A stretch of DNA of 64,000 bases from positions 7,563-71,562 of IMG/VR virus record IMGVR_UViG_3300036391_000001. The stretch is one strand, 5' to 3'. This DNA is from a virus. The position numbers and the translations under genes are program-made. The notes under the pieces are model-generated. The model had not been told where the DNA came from. It did no database searches and worked only from the letters and a program-made list of their open reading frames with translations. This document shows, one piece after another, positions 28,967 to 37,645 of the stretch (position 1 is its first letter; each line of letters starts with the position of its first letter).

Positions 28967-30191
28967 GAGTCTGAGTGTGTTTTGGGGTGGGCTGTTCAAC
29001 AATGCCTGCATCCCTCTAGAGATGAGCTTGAATTGGTGCAGTATGGGCTGCTCTTACTGCTTTGCCAATCTGAACAGCCCTGATCGCACGGGCAACATGA
29101 GTCAGATCATGGGGCTGATTAGCCAGTTTCAAGAGAAGAACACTTACGCGGCGGCGCTGCTGCGATCGGGTTATCCCGTTACCCTTTCCAATCATGTCGA
29201 TCCGTTTGCCGACAGCAATTCCCGTCAGGCGCTCGTCATTCTGGAAACGATGACCGAACTGGGCTTGCGCTACTCAATTCAAACCAAGTGCGGTAAATCG
29301 GGCTATGACTTTCTGAAGTTTGCATCGCCAACGGTGTTCTATATCTCGATCGCCACCATGGATGAAGAGGTGCTGCGGCGTGTCGAACCCGGTGCGCCAT
29401 CAGCTAAAGAGCGGTTCAAGTTTATTGAGGCGGCGCGAGCTGCGGGGCATCGGGTTTGTGTAGGCATTAACCCGGTGGTGCCGGAATGGATTGGCGATCC
29501 GAATCCCCTATGCAAAACGCTGGCTAGTATTGGCGTAGAGAGCGCCTGGGTGCAGCCGCTGCACTTGAGCTGTCATCATGTGGACAACATGAGCGATCGC
29601 GAGAGAGCGGCAATGGGTGAAACCGTTCTGAAGCGAGGGCGCAGGTTCCGCAAAGACCTGGAGATGAAAGAGGCTTGCACCCGCACCCGTGACGCAGCGG
29701 TTGAGCATGGGCTAGAGGTTTATGACGCGCAGCAGCGAGAGCGATCGGATTACTTCAGACCCTACAAAGAGACGTATCCCAAGACTTTCCCGCTGGTTCA
29801 GGACTTTGTAAACCACTGTTATGACAAGGGATTAGCTCCGAATGATCCCATCTACTTTGAAGATTGGCGAGACTTTATGCTGCCTCAGCTTCCGGCTGGT
29901 GTGCATCCGCTAAGGAACCACTTGGGAGCGGTGCAGTATCAGCAGTTTTGGCGGAGCGATCGCAACGATGAGATCCCGCGCTACATGACCTATGAGACGT
30001 TTTTGGAGATTACCTGGAATAACCATGACATCGTGTTTCATCCCTGCCATGTGGGCTGCTTCACGCTAGCAGGGGGCGCTAAGAATGAAGAGGGCAAGTA
30101 TCCGCTGCATCTAGACGATAACGGGCGCTATATCCTGCTGTTCCGTCCAGACGGCTGCTATGAGCGTGCTGCTGAGTGGGAGATGTGGTGA
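28959..30191 (+). CDS. Radical SAM protein, SplB/COG1533-like family
   Basis: CSMGCSYC (CxxxCxxC); DPF; IQTK; SIATMDEEVLRRVEPGAPS..ER motifs. Confidence 0.88.
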   Translation: MSESLSVFWGGLFNNACIPLEMSLNWCSMGCSYCFANLNSPDRTGNMSQIMGLISQFQEKNTYAAALLRSGYPVTLSNHVDPFADSNSRQALVILETMTELGLRYSIQTKCGKSGYDFLKFASPTVFYISIATMDEEVLRRVEPGAPSAKERFKFIEAARAAGHRVCVGINPVVPEWIGDPNPLCKTLASIGVESAWVQPLHLSCHHVDNMSDRERAAMGETVLKRGRRFRKDLEMKEACTRTRDAAVEHGLEVYDAQQRERSDYFRPYKETYPKTFPLVQDFVNHCYDKGLAPNDPIYFEDWRDFMLPQLPAGVHPLRNHLGAVQYQQFWRSDRNDEIPRYMTYETFLEITWNNHDIVFHPCHVGCFTLAGGAKNEEGKYPLHLDDNGRYILLFRPDGCYERAAEWEMW

Positions 30192-30311
30192 TTCTTCTCG
30201 TTGGCTGACTCACTAGACGCATAGCAATTGAGCGATCGCTGTGCTGCATCCCCCTTTAAAGACTCTGATGCACTAACCACTTTGCGCTTTTGCATCCTGG
30301 TTGCCCTCTAG

Positions 30312-31637
30312 CTAGTCTTTCAATCCAGCGGCATCTGTAATCACTGTTCCAATAGAATTCGCAAAGAACTCAGGCGGCAGACCGCAAGCAAGACCAAAAT
30401 TCAAGCACAAATGCAACCAAAGAGTATCTTCAGTACCAATAAATAGTCCCTTTTCCTCGTCCTTAGGAAATCGTACATAATCCCTCATAAGCACAGGTAA
30501 GCCTAGCTGTTGAACGTGTTCTCCCCACGAGTCGAAGTCGTAGAACGGTACATGCCTCCACACACCATTAAGTTCTAATGCCACCTGAAAGTCAGTCAGG
30601 CTTGTTGTCTCACCAAGCCACTCCAGATAGTAATTCGCCAAAAAAGCAATCGTCAGCCAGATTGTGCCGACATTAAAGAATTTGAGGCTTGTATGGTGTC
30701 TACCACCTTTTATTTCAAGTCGATCAAGAATTTGCTGACGCACTATGGGTGAGCGAATTTTTGAAAAATCTTGCAGTTCAATTTGAGATAATGGGATAAA
30801 GATTTTTGCCCTACCGAGCGAGTCAAGCTCCATGGTGAGCGAGTGAAATGCTTCGTTCTGAATATTTGTGAGTCGGAGTACCACAGAGCTAGGAGTTGGA
30901 TGGGCCGCATTAAACGCTATGTTTCCTGATATTGTTGTCGCCTCAGGATTACTAAATAATGGAATCTGAATTGCTTTTTCGCTGGCTTTGAGTAAACCTT
31001 CAATTACCGATTTAGAACGTACATCAGGATGGTCAGTTAAGCCTAAGGGATATGGAGAAATATAGATTTTCAACCAACCATCCTCCTCAGCATTGCTGAA
31101 AGTGCGATCATCTTTTGAAAATCGTGCAAATTGTTTTGAAACTTCTTTTCCTCGTTCAACAAGCTGATCCACGGCATAACGACTCGATTCTGGTATGGGG
31201 TCAGAAGAATCATGAGTACGTCGATATAATCGTCCATCTCTTGTAATGAACGGAGTCTCCTGTTTATCAGGAATATGTACGACAAGCACTAAATTTCCGG
31301 TATCGAGCGTAATGACCTGTGGAAAAAAGACAGGCACCGGATCAATATGGTGCTTAACCAAATCGCGAACGACTGAGATTGGATCATGACAGGATGCAGG
31401 GTCAAAGCCGGAGACTACTGCTGCAACATTATGCTCATCAGTCTTGATCCCTACGATGTACCAACCACCATAAGTATTTGCAAGGGATGCCAAACTTCGA
31501 CCTATCTTTGTTGAGTTCGGCATCTCCCCTTTGTACTCGACGTAATAGCCTTCCGCTACTTGCCGTGTAATTAAGGTCTGAAGATCCTCAGGCTGAAGTG
31601 GTTCTCCAACTGCTTTGTCAAAAGGGTTATAGCTCAT
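30312..31637 (-). CDS. Schlafen/AlbA_2 domain protein (putative defence moron)
   Basis: EGYYVEYK...SLASLANTYGGWYIVGIK...R.H N-terminal motif; AT-rich; no HIP1 seen. Confidence 0.82.
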   Translation of the reverse strand: MSYNPFDKAVGEPLQPEDLQTLITRQVAEGYYVEYKGEMPNSTKIGRSLASLANTYGGWYIVGIKTDEHNVAAVVSGFDPASCHDPISVVRDLVKHHIDPVPVFFPQVITLDTGNLVLVVHIPDKQETPFITRDGRLYRRTHDSSDPIPESSRYAVDQLVERGKEVSKQFARFSKDDRTFSNAEEDGWLKIYISPYPLGLTDHPDVRSKSVIEGLLKASEKAIQIPLFSNPEATTISGNIAFNAAHPTPSSVVLRLTNIQNEAFHSLTMELDSLGRAKIFIPLSQIELQDFSKIRSPIVRQQILDRLEIKGGRHHTSLKFFNVGTIWLTIAFLANYYLEWLGETTSLTDFQVALELNGVWRHVPFYDFDSWGEHVQQLGLPVLMRDYVRFPKDEEKGLFIGTEDTLWLHLCLNFGLACGLPPEFFANSIGTVITDAAGLKD

Positions 31638-31875
31638 GTAATAAAGTGTCTAAAGGGCACTGAGAAATCTGTCGTCAAACATAAAGACGTTAAATATCGC
31701 AAGATTTGCAACTGCTCTAAATCGATCGCCCTCCTATTCACTGCATTTTGACCTTAATGATAGACGAGGAGACTTTGTATGTCCGCTCTATGCCTTGCGT
31801 AGCTAGGGCAGCTAAGGAACTTTGGGGGGATTGCTCTTGAGGTTTTGGGCATCATAGACCTAGCAACCCAAATGA

Positions 31876-31928
31876 GACTCCTAATGTCGAGTGGTTCGCT
31901 GCAATATCTCGACTAAATTCTAGGAGTC
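31876..31928 (+). promoter_or_regulatory. 5' leader hairpin sequestering the Shine-Dalgarno of the 31933 gene
   Basis: GACTCCTA(31876)/TAGGAGTC(31921) outer stem, GTCGAG/CTCGAC inner stem. Confidence 0.55.
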
Positions 31929-31932
31929 CAAA

Positions 31933-32367
31933 ATGGAAGATTTGATTTGTATTCAGCAGAGCAACGGCGCTCAGGCTAGCAGCGTTGATGTCACCGCTAA
32001 AGAGCGGGTTTTGGCAAACGGCGCACGCGCTTACCAAGCAGTTGACAATGCTACGGGCGGCAACAGCGATCGCGGCAGAAACTCTGGCTTTTCTTCCTTC
32101 AGCCGGACTGCCAATCGAATCACTGGAAGCGCTGCAAAATCGCAGGAATCAGCGGCTAAGAGCCTCCTGACTCGCGCTCAGCGTCAGATGCAGAGCGCAA
32201 CAGGCGCTGCGAAAGATAAGGCTAGCAAGTTCTTGGCGAAAGCTAAAGCTAAAGCGGCAGACACCTTTACTGCACCCGTCAGCGCAGCGCGATTGGTTAA
32301 TTCCAAGTCCAAGAAGTCTCAGGCGGGTAAGCGCACGACCTCCAGCCGGGTCAAGCAAGCCGCGTAG
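31933..32367 (+). CDS. Basic Ala/Ser/Lys/Arg-rich low-complexity protein
   Basis: AGGAG RBS, strongly biased composition, hairpin and U-tract downstream. Confidence 0.7.
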   Translation: MEDLICIQQSNGAQASSVDVTAKERVLANGARAYQAVDNATGGNSDRGRNSGFSSFSRTANRITGSAAKSQESAAKSLLTRAQRQMQSATGAAKDKASKFLAKAKAKAADTFTAPVSAARLVNSKSKKSQAGKRTTSSRVKQAA

Positions 32368-32605
32368 TTTAACTTCTCTCCTCACACACCAAGCCTCGAT
32401 CGCGGTTATCCTGATCGGGGTTCTTTTTGCCCCTAAACGGGTAAGGTTCGGTTGACTTGGGGTAGTACCTAAAACTCTGTAAGGACGGTTTAGAGGGGGT
32501 TTTAGAGGGGTGTAGAGAGATGGAAAATAGGGAGATTAGAGGTAAAGAAAACCCCGATCCTGAGTACCAGAATCGGGGTTGTACACCACAACTTGAAGAG
32601 GCAGC

Positions 32606-33700
32606 TTAGCCTTCAACTTCCTCCACTTCAGCCTCACGTTCGATGTCCACCACAATCCGATCGCTCTCAAAGCATTTGCGGAAGGCGGCAGAGTGAGAGG
32701 GATTATTGGGAGTCCAAAACTCATGCAGTAGACCGCTCTTGAGGGCGATCGGTTCAGAGAACATCATAGGACGTTCCAGGATCACCCCCCAGACATCACC
32801 ATTGCCAGCGGCGGCAGAGATCTCGGCAAGGCTGACCGGATAGCCGTGAACCTCTGCCTGGTAGTCTTCTTCCCAAGTTGCCGGGGTGTACTTTTTCACT
32901 TCCTTGATGAAGGCATAGCCCAGGATGCTGTTCATAGGTGCATCGGTGCGATCGATCTCCAGATCTCGCAATCCTTTCATCATCTGATCTTCCAGTTCTC
33001 CAGAAACTTCGGTGGCATGGATGATTAGATAGCGCCCTTCAAACTCGCTGACATCTTGGGAGTAAGGAATCATGCTAGTGATGGCACAAACCGCCTCAAA
33101 CGCCTGATCCGGACGCAGGGATACTGCGACGGCGCTCTTGATTTCATCCAGACTAATTACGTGATTGGGCATAGGTGTTTTGACCTCTCCTGCTAATTGC
33201 TTGAGCAGCTGCACCGTTGCCTCACTGCTTTCAGGCTCTAGCGTACCCACTTCAGGATGAACCCTGATAGGACGGGTGAAAGGAACGATCGCGTCTTTCG
33301 GTTCTGGCGCAGGGGCAACCACGGGCGATCGTCGTTCATCCGGCATCACGGGGTACCGCTCAACACCAGGTGCACTAAACGTATAGCGGAATGTGTCGCT
33401 CGTGAACTCAATGCCAGTAGCGATCGCGTTGATCCAGACCTGCTCACAAGTCCTAGCGACTGCCCTTAGCCATTTCTTAACTAGGTAGAAGGGACACAAC
33501 ACTTCAAACGTTGTAGGCTCAGGAGGAAGGACGATCCGCTTCCATCTGCCATCCAGGTTGTAAGCGGCGATCGTCGTTTGTTTACCGTCGCAGATGATAC
33601 GGACGCAGCTCATTGCCTCGTCGTGTATGCGGAGCTTGGATTCGGAAGGGACGATCGAGTTGAGCTGCTTGAAGGCGGCGTAGAGCGCTTTGGCTTGCAT
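32606..33700 (-). CDS. Single beta-clamp-like domain fused to an ASCH-like domain
   Basis: N-terminus follows the DnaN domain I pattern; C-terminus has the SLRP..A, LIIHA, ILG..I..V, W..LERP..F..PI pattern. Confidence 0.55.
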   Translation of the reverse strand: MQAKALYAAFKQLNSIVPSESKLRIHDEAMSCVRIICDGKQTTIAAYNLDGRWKRIVLPPEPTTFEVLCPFYLVKKWLRAVARTCEQVWINAIATGIEFTSDTFRYTFSAPGVERYPVMPDERRSPVVAPAPEPKDAIVPFTRPIRVHPEVGTLEPESSEATVQLLKQLAGEVKTPMPNHVISLDEIKSAVAVSLRPDQAFEAVCAITSMIPYSQDVSEFEGRYLIIHATEVSGELEDQMMKGLRDLEIDRTDAPMNSILGYAFIKEVKKYTPATWEEDYQAEVHGYPVSLAEISAAAGNGDVWGVILERPMMFSEPIALKSGLLHEFWTPNNPSHSAAFRKCFESDRIVVDIEREAEVEEVEG

Positions 33701-33729
33701 GATGGGGAAGGTTGGTAGGGATTATGTTG

Positions 33730-33762
33730 ATACGCGCCCCTAGTGCATCTAGGGGCGCGTAT
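33730..33762. terminator. Perfect 14-bp hairpin between ardC and the clamp-ASCH gene
   Basis: ATACGCGCCCCTAG-TGCAT-CTAGGGGCGCGTAT. Confidence 0.55.
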
Positions 33763-33767
33763 TTAGG

Positions 33768-34673
33768 CTATGCAGCTTCGGCTTGCTCGATTAGCCCTGC
33801 ATTGGTCATCAGGAAGGTTGAAGCTTTTTGAGCGGCTGAAGCGGCTTTAAAGAACGCTTTGTTATCACCCTTTAAAGCTTGTAGCCAGTTGTCTAGGTAG
33901 CTAGCATGGTTCTCAATCTCAGACTCAATCCCCAACTCATTGCAGACAAACGCCGCGCCTAGTTCAGCGATCAGCTCTTCAAAAGCGTAGGACTGAGAGC
34001 CAAACCGACCGGAGAGATCGCGATCGCAGCGGCTGCTATGACCTGTCCAGTGAGTTAGCTCATGGATCAGGGTTGCGTAATAGGTAGCGGCGCTGGTGAA
34101 GTCTTCAAACTTTGGCATGGCGATCGCATCGCTAGAAGGGCTGTAGCAAGCCACATCACCCAAGTGTTTGACCGTGGCTTTCTGGGTTTGGATAAAGGAT
34201 TCTGCATCCATCCGACGAGAATCTGGATTAGAACCGGATACAGATTTGAGGTGTTCTGACACCTTGCGATCGGCTTCAGAATCATCTAGACAGGCAATGT
34301 TGAAGACCTGTAGCCACTTAGCAGTGCCGAAGAATTCCTTTTCGGTAGAACCATCCTCTAGCTTGGTTTCTTTGCAGACGGTACCGCCCCAACGAAGCCA
34401 GGTGGACTTAGACCCTTTACGAACCTTCCAGCCCATCTCAGAAGCTTGTGAGAAGCCGATAAAGTAGGGTTGCTCATAGTCATAGGTCATCATGTCGATC
34501 GCGCAGAGTAGCGGGTTAATGCCCCGATAGGTATGACCTGAGATCAGATTGCCGTAGGGAACAGAGTGCCAGGGCTTCACCCAAGGTTTAACGCCTTGCT
34601 CCATCAACTGAACGATCTTGTCGGTAACGATCTGAAACTTGTCGGCAGCTTGCTTTTTGGTTTGTGCTTTCAT
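33768..34673 (-). CDS. ardC: ArdC family ssDNA-binding antirestriction protein
   Basis: PWVKPW, YRGIN, GW.VRKGSK, VFN, HELTHWTGH, YAFEELIAELGA, HASYLDNWL. Confidence 0.93.
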   Translation of the reverse strand: MKAQTKKQAADKFQIVTDKIVQLMEQGVKPWVKPWHSVPYGNLISGHTYRGINPLLCAIDMMTYDYEQPYFIGFSQASEMGWKVRKGSKSTWLRWGGTVCKETKLEDGSTEKEFFGTAKWLQVFNIACLDDSEADRKVSEHLKSVSGSNPDSRRMDAESFIQTQKATVKHLGDVACYSPSSDAIAMPKFEDFTSAATYYATLIHELTHWTGHSSRCDRDLSGRFGSQSYAFEELIAELGAAFVCNELGIESEIENHASYLDNWLQALKGDNKAFFKAASAAQKASTFLMTNAGLIEQAEAA

Positions 34674-34754
34674 GGTGGTTAATGCTTGTCGTGATTGGTG
34701 AGCAGGGAGGCGATCGCCGAAGCCGTTGGAAGTTGCGGCGATCGCTGTAGAAAT

Positions 34755-35186
34755 CTATCTCATGCCTTGAATGAACAGGGTTGTAGCGATCGCCCGAAGT
34801 TCTGAGGGATCGTCTATTAGCCCTTGCATCTGCTGCTGGGCTGTCTCATAGCAGAATCGGAAGAACTTAGCGGACTGCTCAACATCGGCGGCGATCCGCT
34901 TCTTCGCCTGGTTAAGGGTCAAGGCTTCTTTGCCAGTAGCGGGAGCCTGGACAACTTCGGGAGCTGCTTCATAGGCGGCAAGCTTGAAGCCTTTACCGTC
35001 GTTGATGACCTGGACTTCCTGACCTTTCTTGAGTTGGGAAATCTCGCTGTCTGGATTACCCCAGAGCTTGATTTCTTCCCCACCGTTAGTGGGAGTAAGA
35101 ACGACATTGACGCGATCGCCGTACTGACCTGGAAAGACTTTACCTGCGGGGAACTTGACCTTAGCGGTGGTGAGTGTGAGTGCCAT
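34755..35186 (-). CDS. Hypothetical protein (possible OB-fold ssDNA-binding)
   Basis: Beta-rich N-terminus, AIATTLFIQ C-terminus; in the ardC operon. Confidence 0.5.
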   Translation of the reverse strand: MALTLTTAKVKFPAGKVFPGQYGDRVNVVLTPTNGGEEIKLWGNPDSEISQLKKGQEVQVINDGKGFKLAAYEAAPEVVQAPATGKEALTLNQAKKRIAADVEQSAKFFRFCYETAQQQMQGLIDDPSELRAIATTLFIQGMR

Positions 35187-35258
35187 TGTGATGAGGGTTG
35201 TGAAGGGTGGTAGGAAGCGATCGGGATGCCAGTTAACCGCCACTGGCAGGATGAAGCC

Positions 35259-35471
35259 TTACTCGATTCCGGTAAGCTCGATTACTTCGCTGACCCAAAT
35301 ATTGAAGTGAACTGAATCCTCATAGAGGTGAGAACCTAGAGCAAACATCGCCCCCATCTCTTGCCACTTAACCCGGTAGTGAAATCCTTTGGTGGTTCGA
35401 TCGAAGCCTACGATCGTTCCTAGCCAGCCTTGTTGGGTAAGAATCTTGGTGCCGTTAGAGATAGGTTTCAT
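35259..35471 (-). CDS. Small hypothetical protein
   Basis: First gene of the leftward operon, RBS-like GGAG upstream. Confidence 0.55.
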   Translation of the reverse strand: MKPISNGTKILTQQGWLGTIVGFDRTTKGFHYRVKWQEMGAMFALGSHLYEDSVHFNIWVSEVIELTGIE

Positions 35472-35519
35472 TTGATTAACTCCGGTAGTGGTTTGCTTGT
35501 TTCTCTATATCCCTAATAT

Positions 35520-35572
35520 ATCCCGGATAGATATGGGAGTAATCCGTGATTATACCGATATTTATCCGGGAT
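35520..35572. promoter_or_regulatory. Inverted repeat operator in the divergent promoter
   Basis: ATCCCGGATA (35520) and TATCCGGGAT (35563). Confidence 0.5.
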
Positions 35573-35614
35573 GTTTATGGGTTACAATCGGGAAAACAAA
35601 ACGAGCTTTACGCC

Positions 35615-35851
35615 ATGTCAGATCCTGAATATCCACCAGGCAAGCATCCTGCCTCGCTGCAAAACCTAGCTAAGACCTCTAGACCCGGTAGAAGCCAGAG
35701 CTATGGCGAAGCCAAGAAAACCCGCGAAGTGAGCATCACCGAAACGGGCTGGGAGGGAGTTAAAACACTTGCCCACGAGCTGAACTGCAAGAGCGTCAGT
35801 GAGTTAATTGAGCGGCTGGGCAGACGGGAGCTGCACATCACTGAAGAGTGA
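35615..35851 (+). CDS. Ribbon-helix-helix-like regulator
   Basis: REVSITETGWEGVKTLAHELNCKSVSELIERLGR beta-alpha-alpha pattern. Confidence 0.65.
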   Translation: MSDPEYPPGKHPASLQNLAKTSRPGRSQSYGEAKKTREVSITETGWEGVKTLAHELNCKSVSELIERLGRRELHITEE

Positions 35852-35907
35852 CGCGATCGACCTTCTGACGCGGGGAACTGTAGAGCTGTCGCGCTCCATA
35901 GCCGCCC

Positions 35908-35985
35908 ATGCTTGAAACCATCGTGATCTCGCTCTACATCCTCTCGGTTTGCGTCCTAGCCGATCGCTTCACTAGGAGCGCTTAG
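35908..35985 (+). CDS. 25-aa hydrophobic peptide coupled to terL
   Basis: MLETIVISLYILSVCVLADRFTRSA; TAG overlaps the terL GTG; conserved motif 35 nt upstream. Confidence 0.35.
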   Translation: MLETIVISLYILSVCVLADRFTRSA

Positions 35986-37472
35986 TGGGACATTGGGCGG
36001 CGCTGCTGCAGGATGAAATTGACTTGCGGCGGCAGGTAGAGGCAGAAGCTGACGTAGGCTGTACGCTGTTTGAGAAGTTCTCGCCTAGACCGGGTGGGCA
36101 AAGTCGGTTCTTTGAGTTCGCGCCGATCGCCAGCACCGAGCCGATGGATACGCGCTGGCTCGGCTTGATTGGGGGCATCGGATCAGGTAAGAGCCATTGC
36201 GGGGCAGCCTGGTTCTGTTCTCGGATGCTGCTTGATCCAGATAGCCGGGGGCTGGTCACAGCCAATAGTTATGGGCAGCTTGCGAGATCTAGTCTGATGA
36301 CGCTGGCTGAGATTTGTAGAGACTTCGACATTCCGCTAGAGCCTTGGGTAAGTGGCTCTGTGGAAGATACGGCGTTAGCGATCGCCAATCGTCAGCGCTG
36401 TTACATTGGCGAGGATCGGGCGTTTGTCTATGTCCTGTCGCTCAATGCGTTTATGGGCAGAGTGCAATCAGCACGGGGTTTACAGGTGAGAACCTCGTGG
36501 ATTGATGAGGGAGCTTATGCAGGTGAAAAATCGTTTCAGACGCTGGATGGAAGATTAGGGCGTGGACCCGGATTTCTCAAAGGGCAAGGGCTGATCACCT
36601 CATCGCCCAACGGCTTTAATTGGATTTACGATCGCTTCGCTGACCCCAACAGAGCTGCTGAACTCAAGGTTCTGTATGTGATGTTTTCTTGCTCAACCCG
36701 TGACAATGTGGAGTCGCTGGGCGAAGACTATGTGCAGTCGCTCGAAGCCAACTACACCGATGAGCTTGCCGCTCAGGAGCTTGAGGGTGCGTTCATTAAC
36801 ACCACTACTGGACGGGCTTACAAATACTTCGATCGCGCCAAACATGCGATGCAGGGTGAGGATGCTGAGATCCTGTTCTATGACCCAAATCTTGACCTGC
36901 ACGTTAGCTTTGACTTCAACTACAGCCCTGCAACTTGCACCTTGGCCCAGGTTCGAGGGAATGAGGTGCATTTCTTCAAAGAGTTTTTCGTGATGGATTC
37001 AGACACTTGGGAGATCACGTCGATGGTAACGGAGGCGATCGCTCAAGGCAAACATCAAGCAGAAATCTATATCTATGGCGATGCGTCAGGTTCGGCGCGA
37101 ACGGCGGTGAGTCGCCAAAGCAATTGGGACATTGTGTTCAACGGCTTTAAAGACATTGGCTACCACCTGGGCTTAGGTGGCAGGCTGCATCGGCGATTCG
37201 CTAAGGCGAACCCGCCCGTGAAGAACCGAATCAATAGCTGCAACTGCCTGTTCAAGGCTAATCGCGTGTATGTGGATTTGGAGCAGTGCCCAGAGCTAAC
37301 GAAGGATTGGGAAGTGGTGGGCATCATTGAGGGGGAGCTGGACAAAACAGACCCGCTGCGAAGTCACTTGTCGGACGCAGCGGGTTATTTGATGCATACG
37401 CTCTTTCCCTACAAGAATGTGGCGATCGAGCTGCGGGGGAATCATGGGGCTGTTAAAGGGATTGCAGGTTAG
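35985..37472 (+). CDS. terL: Terminase large subunit
   Basis: GGIGSGKS Walker A, WIDE Walker B, SSPNG coupling motif, C-terminal nuclease SFDFN, YGDASG, HLSDA. Confidence 0.93.
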   Translation: MGHWAALLQDEIDLRRQVEAEADVGCTLFEKFSPRPGGQSRFFEFAPIASTEPMDTRWLGLIGGIGSGKSHCGAAWFCSRMLLDPDSRGLVTANSYGQLARSSLMTLAEICRDFDIPLEPWVSGSVEDTALAIANRQRCYIGEDRAFVYVLSLNAFMGRVQSARGLQVRTSWIDEGAYAGEKSFQTLDGRLGRGPGFLKGQGLITSSPNGFNWIYDRFADPNRAAELKVLYVMFSCSTRDNVESLGEDYVQSLEANYTDELAAQELEGAFINTTTGRAYKYFDRAKHAMQGEDAEILFYDPNLDLHVSFDFNYSPATCTLAQVRGNEVHFFKEFFVMDSDTWEITSMVTEAIAQGKHQAEIYIYGDASGSARTAVSRQSNWDIVFNGFKDIGYHLGLGGRLHRRFAKANPPVKNRINSCNCLFKANRVYVDLEQCPELTKDWEVVGIIEGELDKTDPLRSHLSDAAGYLMHTLFPYKNVAIELRGNHGAVKGIAG

Positions 37473-37645
37473 GGCGCGGTGCGCCACTCGATCGCATCTA
37501 GATAGGGAATGCCAGCGGCTTCGGCGGCTTGGCGATCGCTTCCTGTCTAGGCTTCTCAGCACTCCGTTCTCCATTGCATCAAACTCACATGAAGAATCTG
37601 ACGATTCGATATACTTTGTGAGAACCAACTACAAGTTGAAGGTGC

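Noticed and set aside
31861-31930. Fluoride (crcB) or glutamine riboswitch
   Set aside because: Only GACTCCTA resembles the crcB 3' motif; the other conserved elements and the expected downstream genes are absent
32481-32530. Short TAGAGGGG repeats
   Set aside because: Low-complexity purine tract with too few copies to support a function
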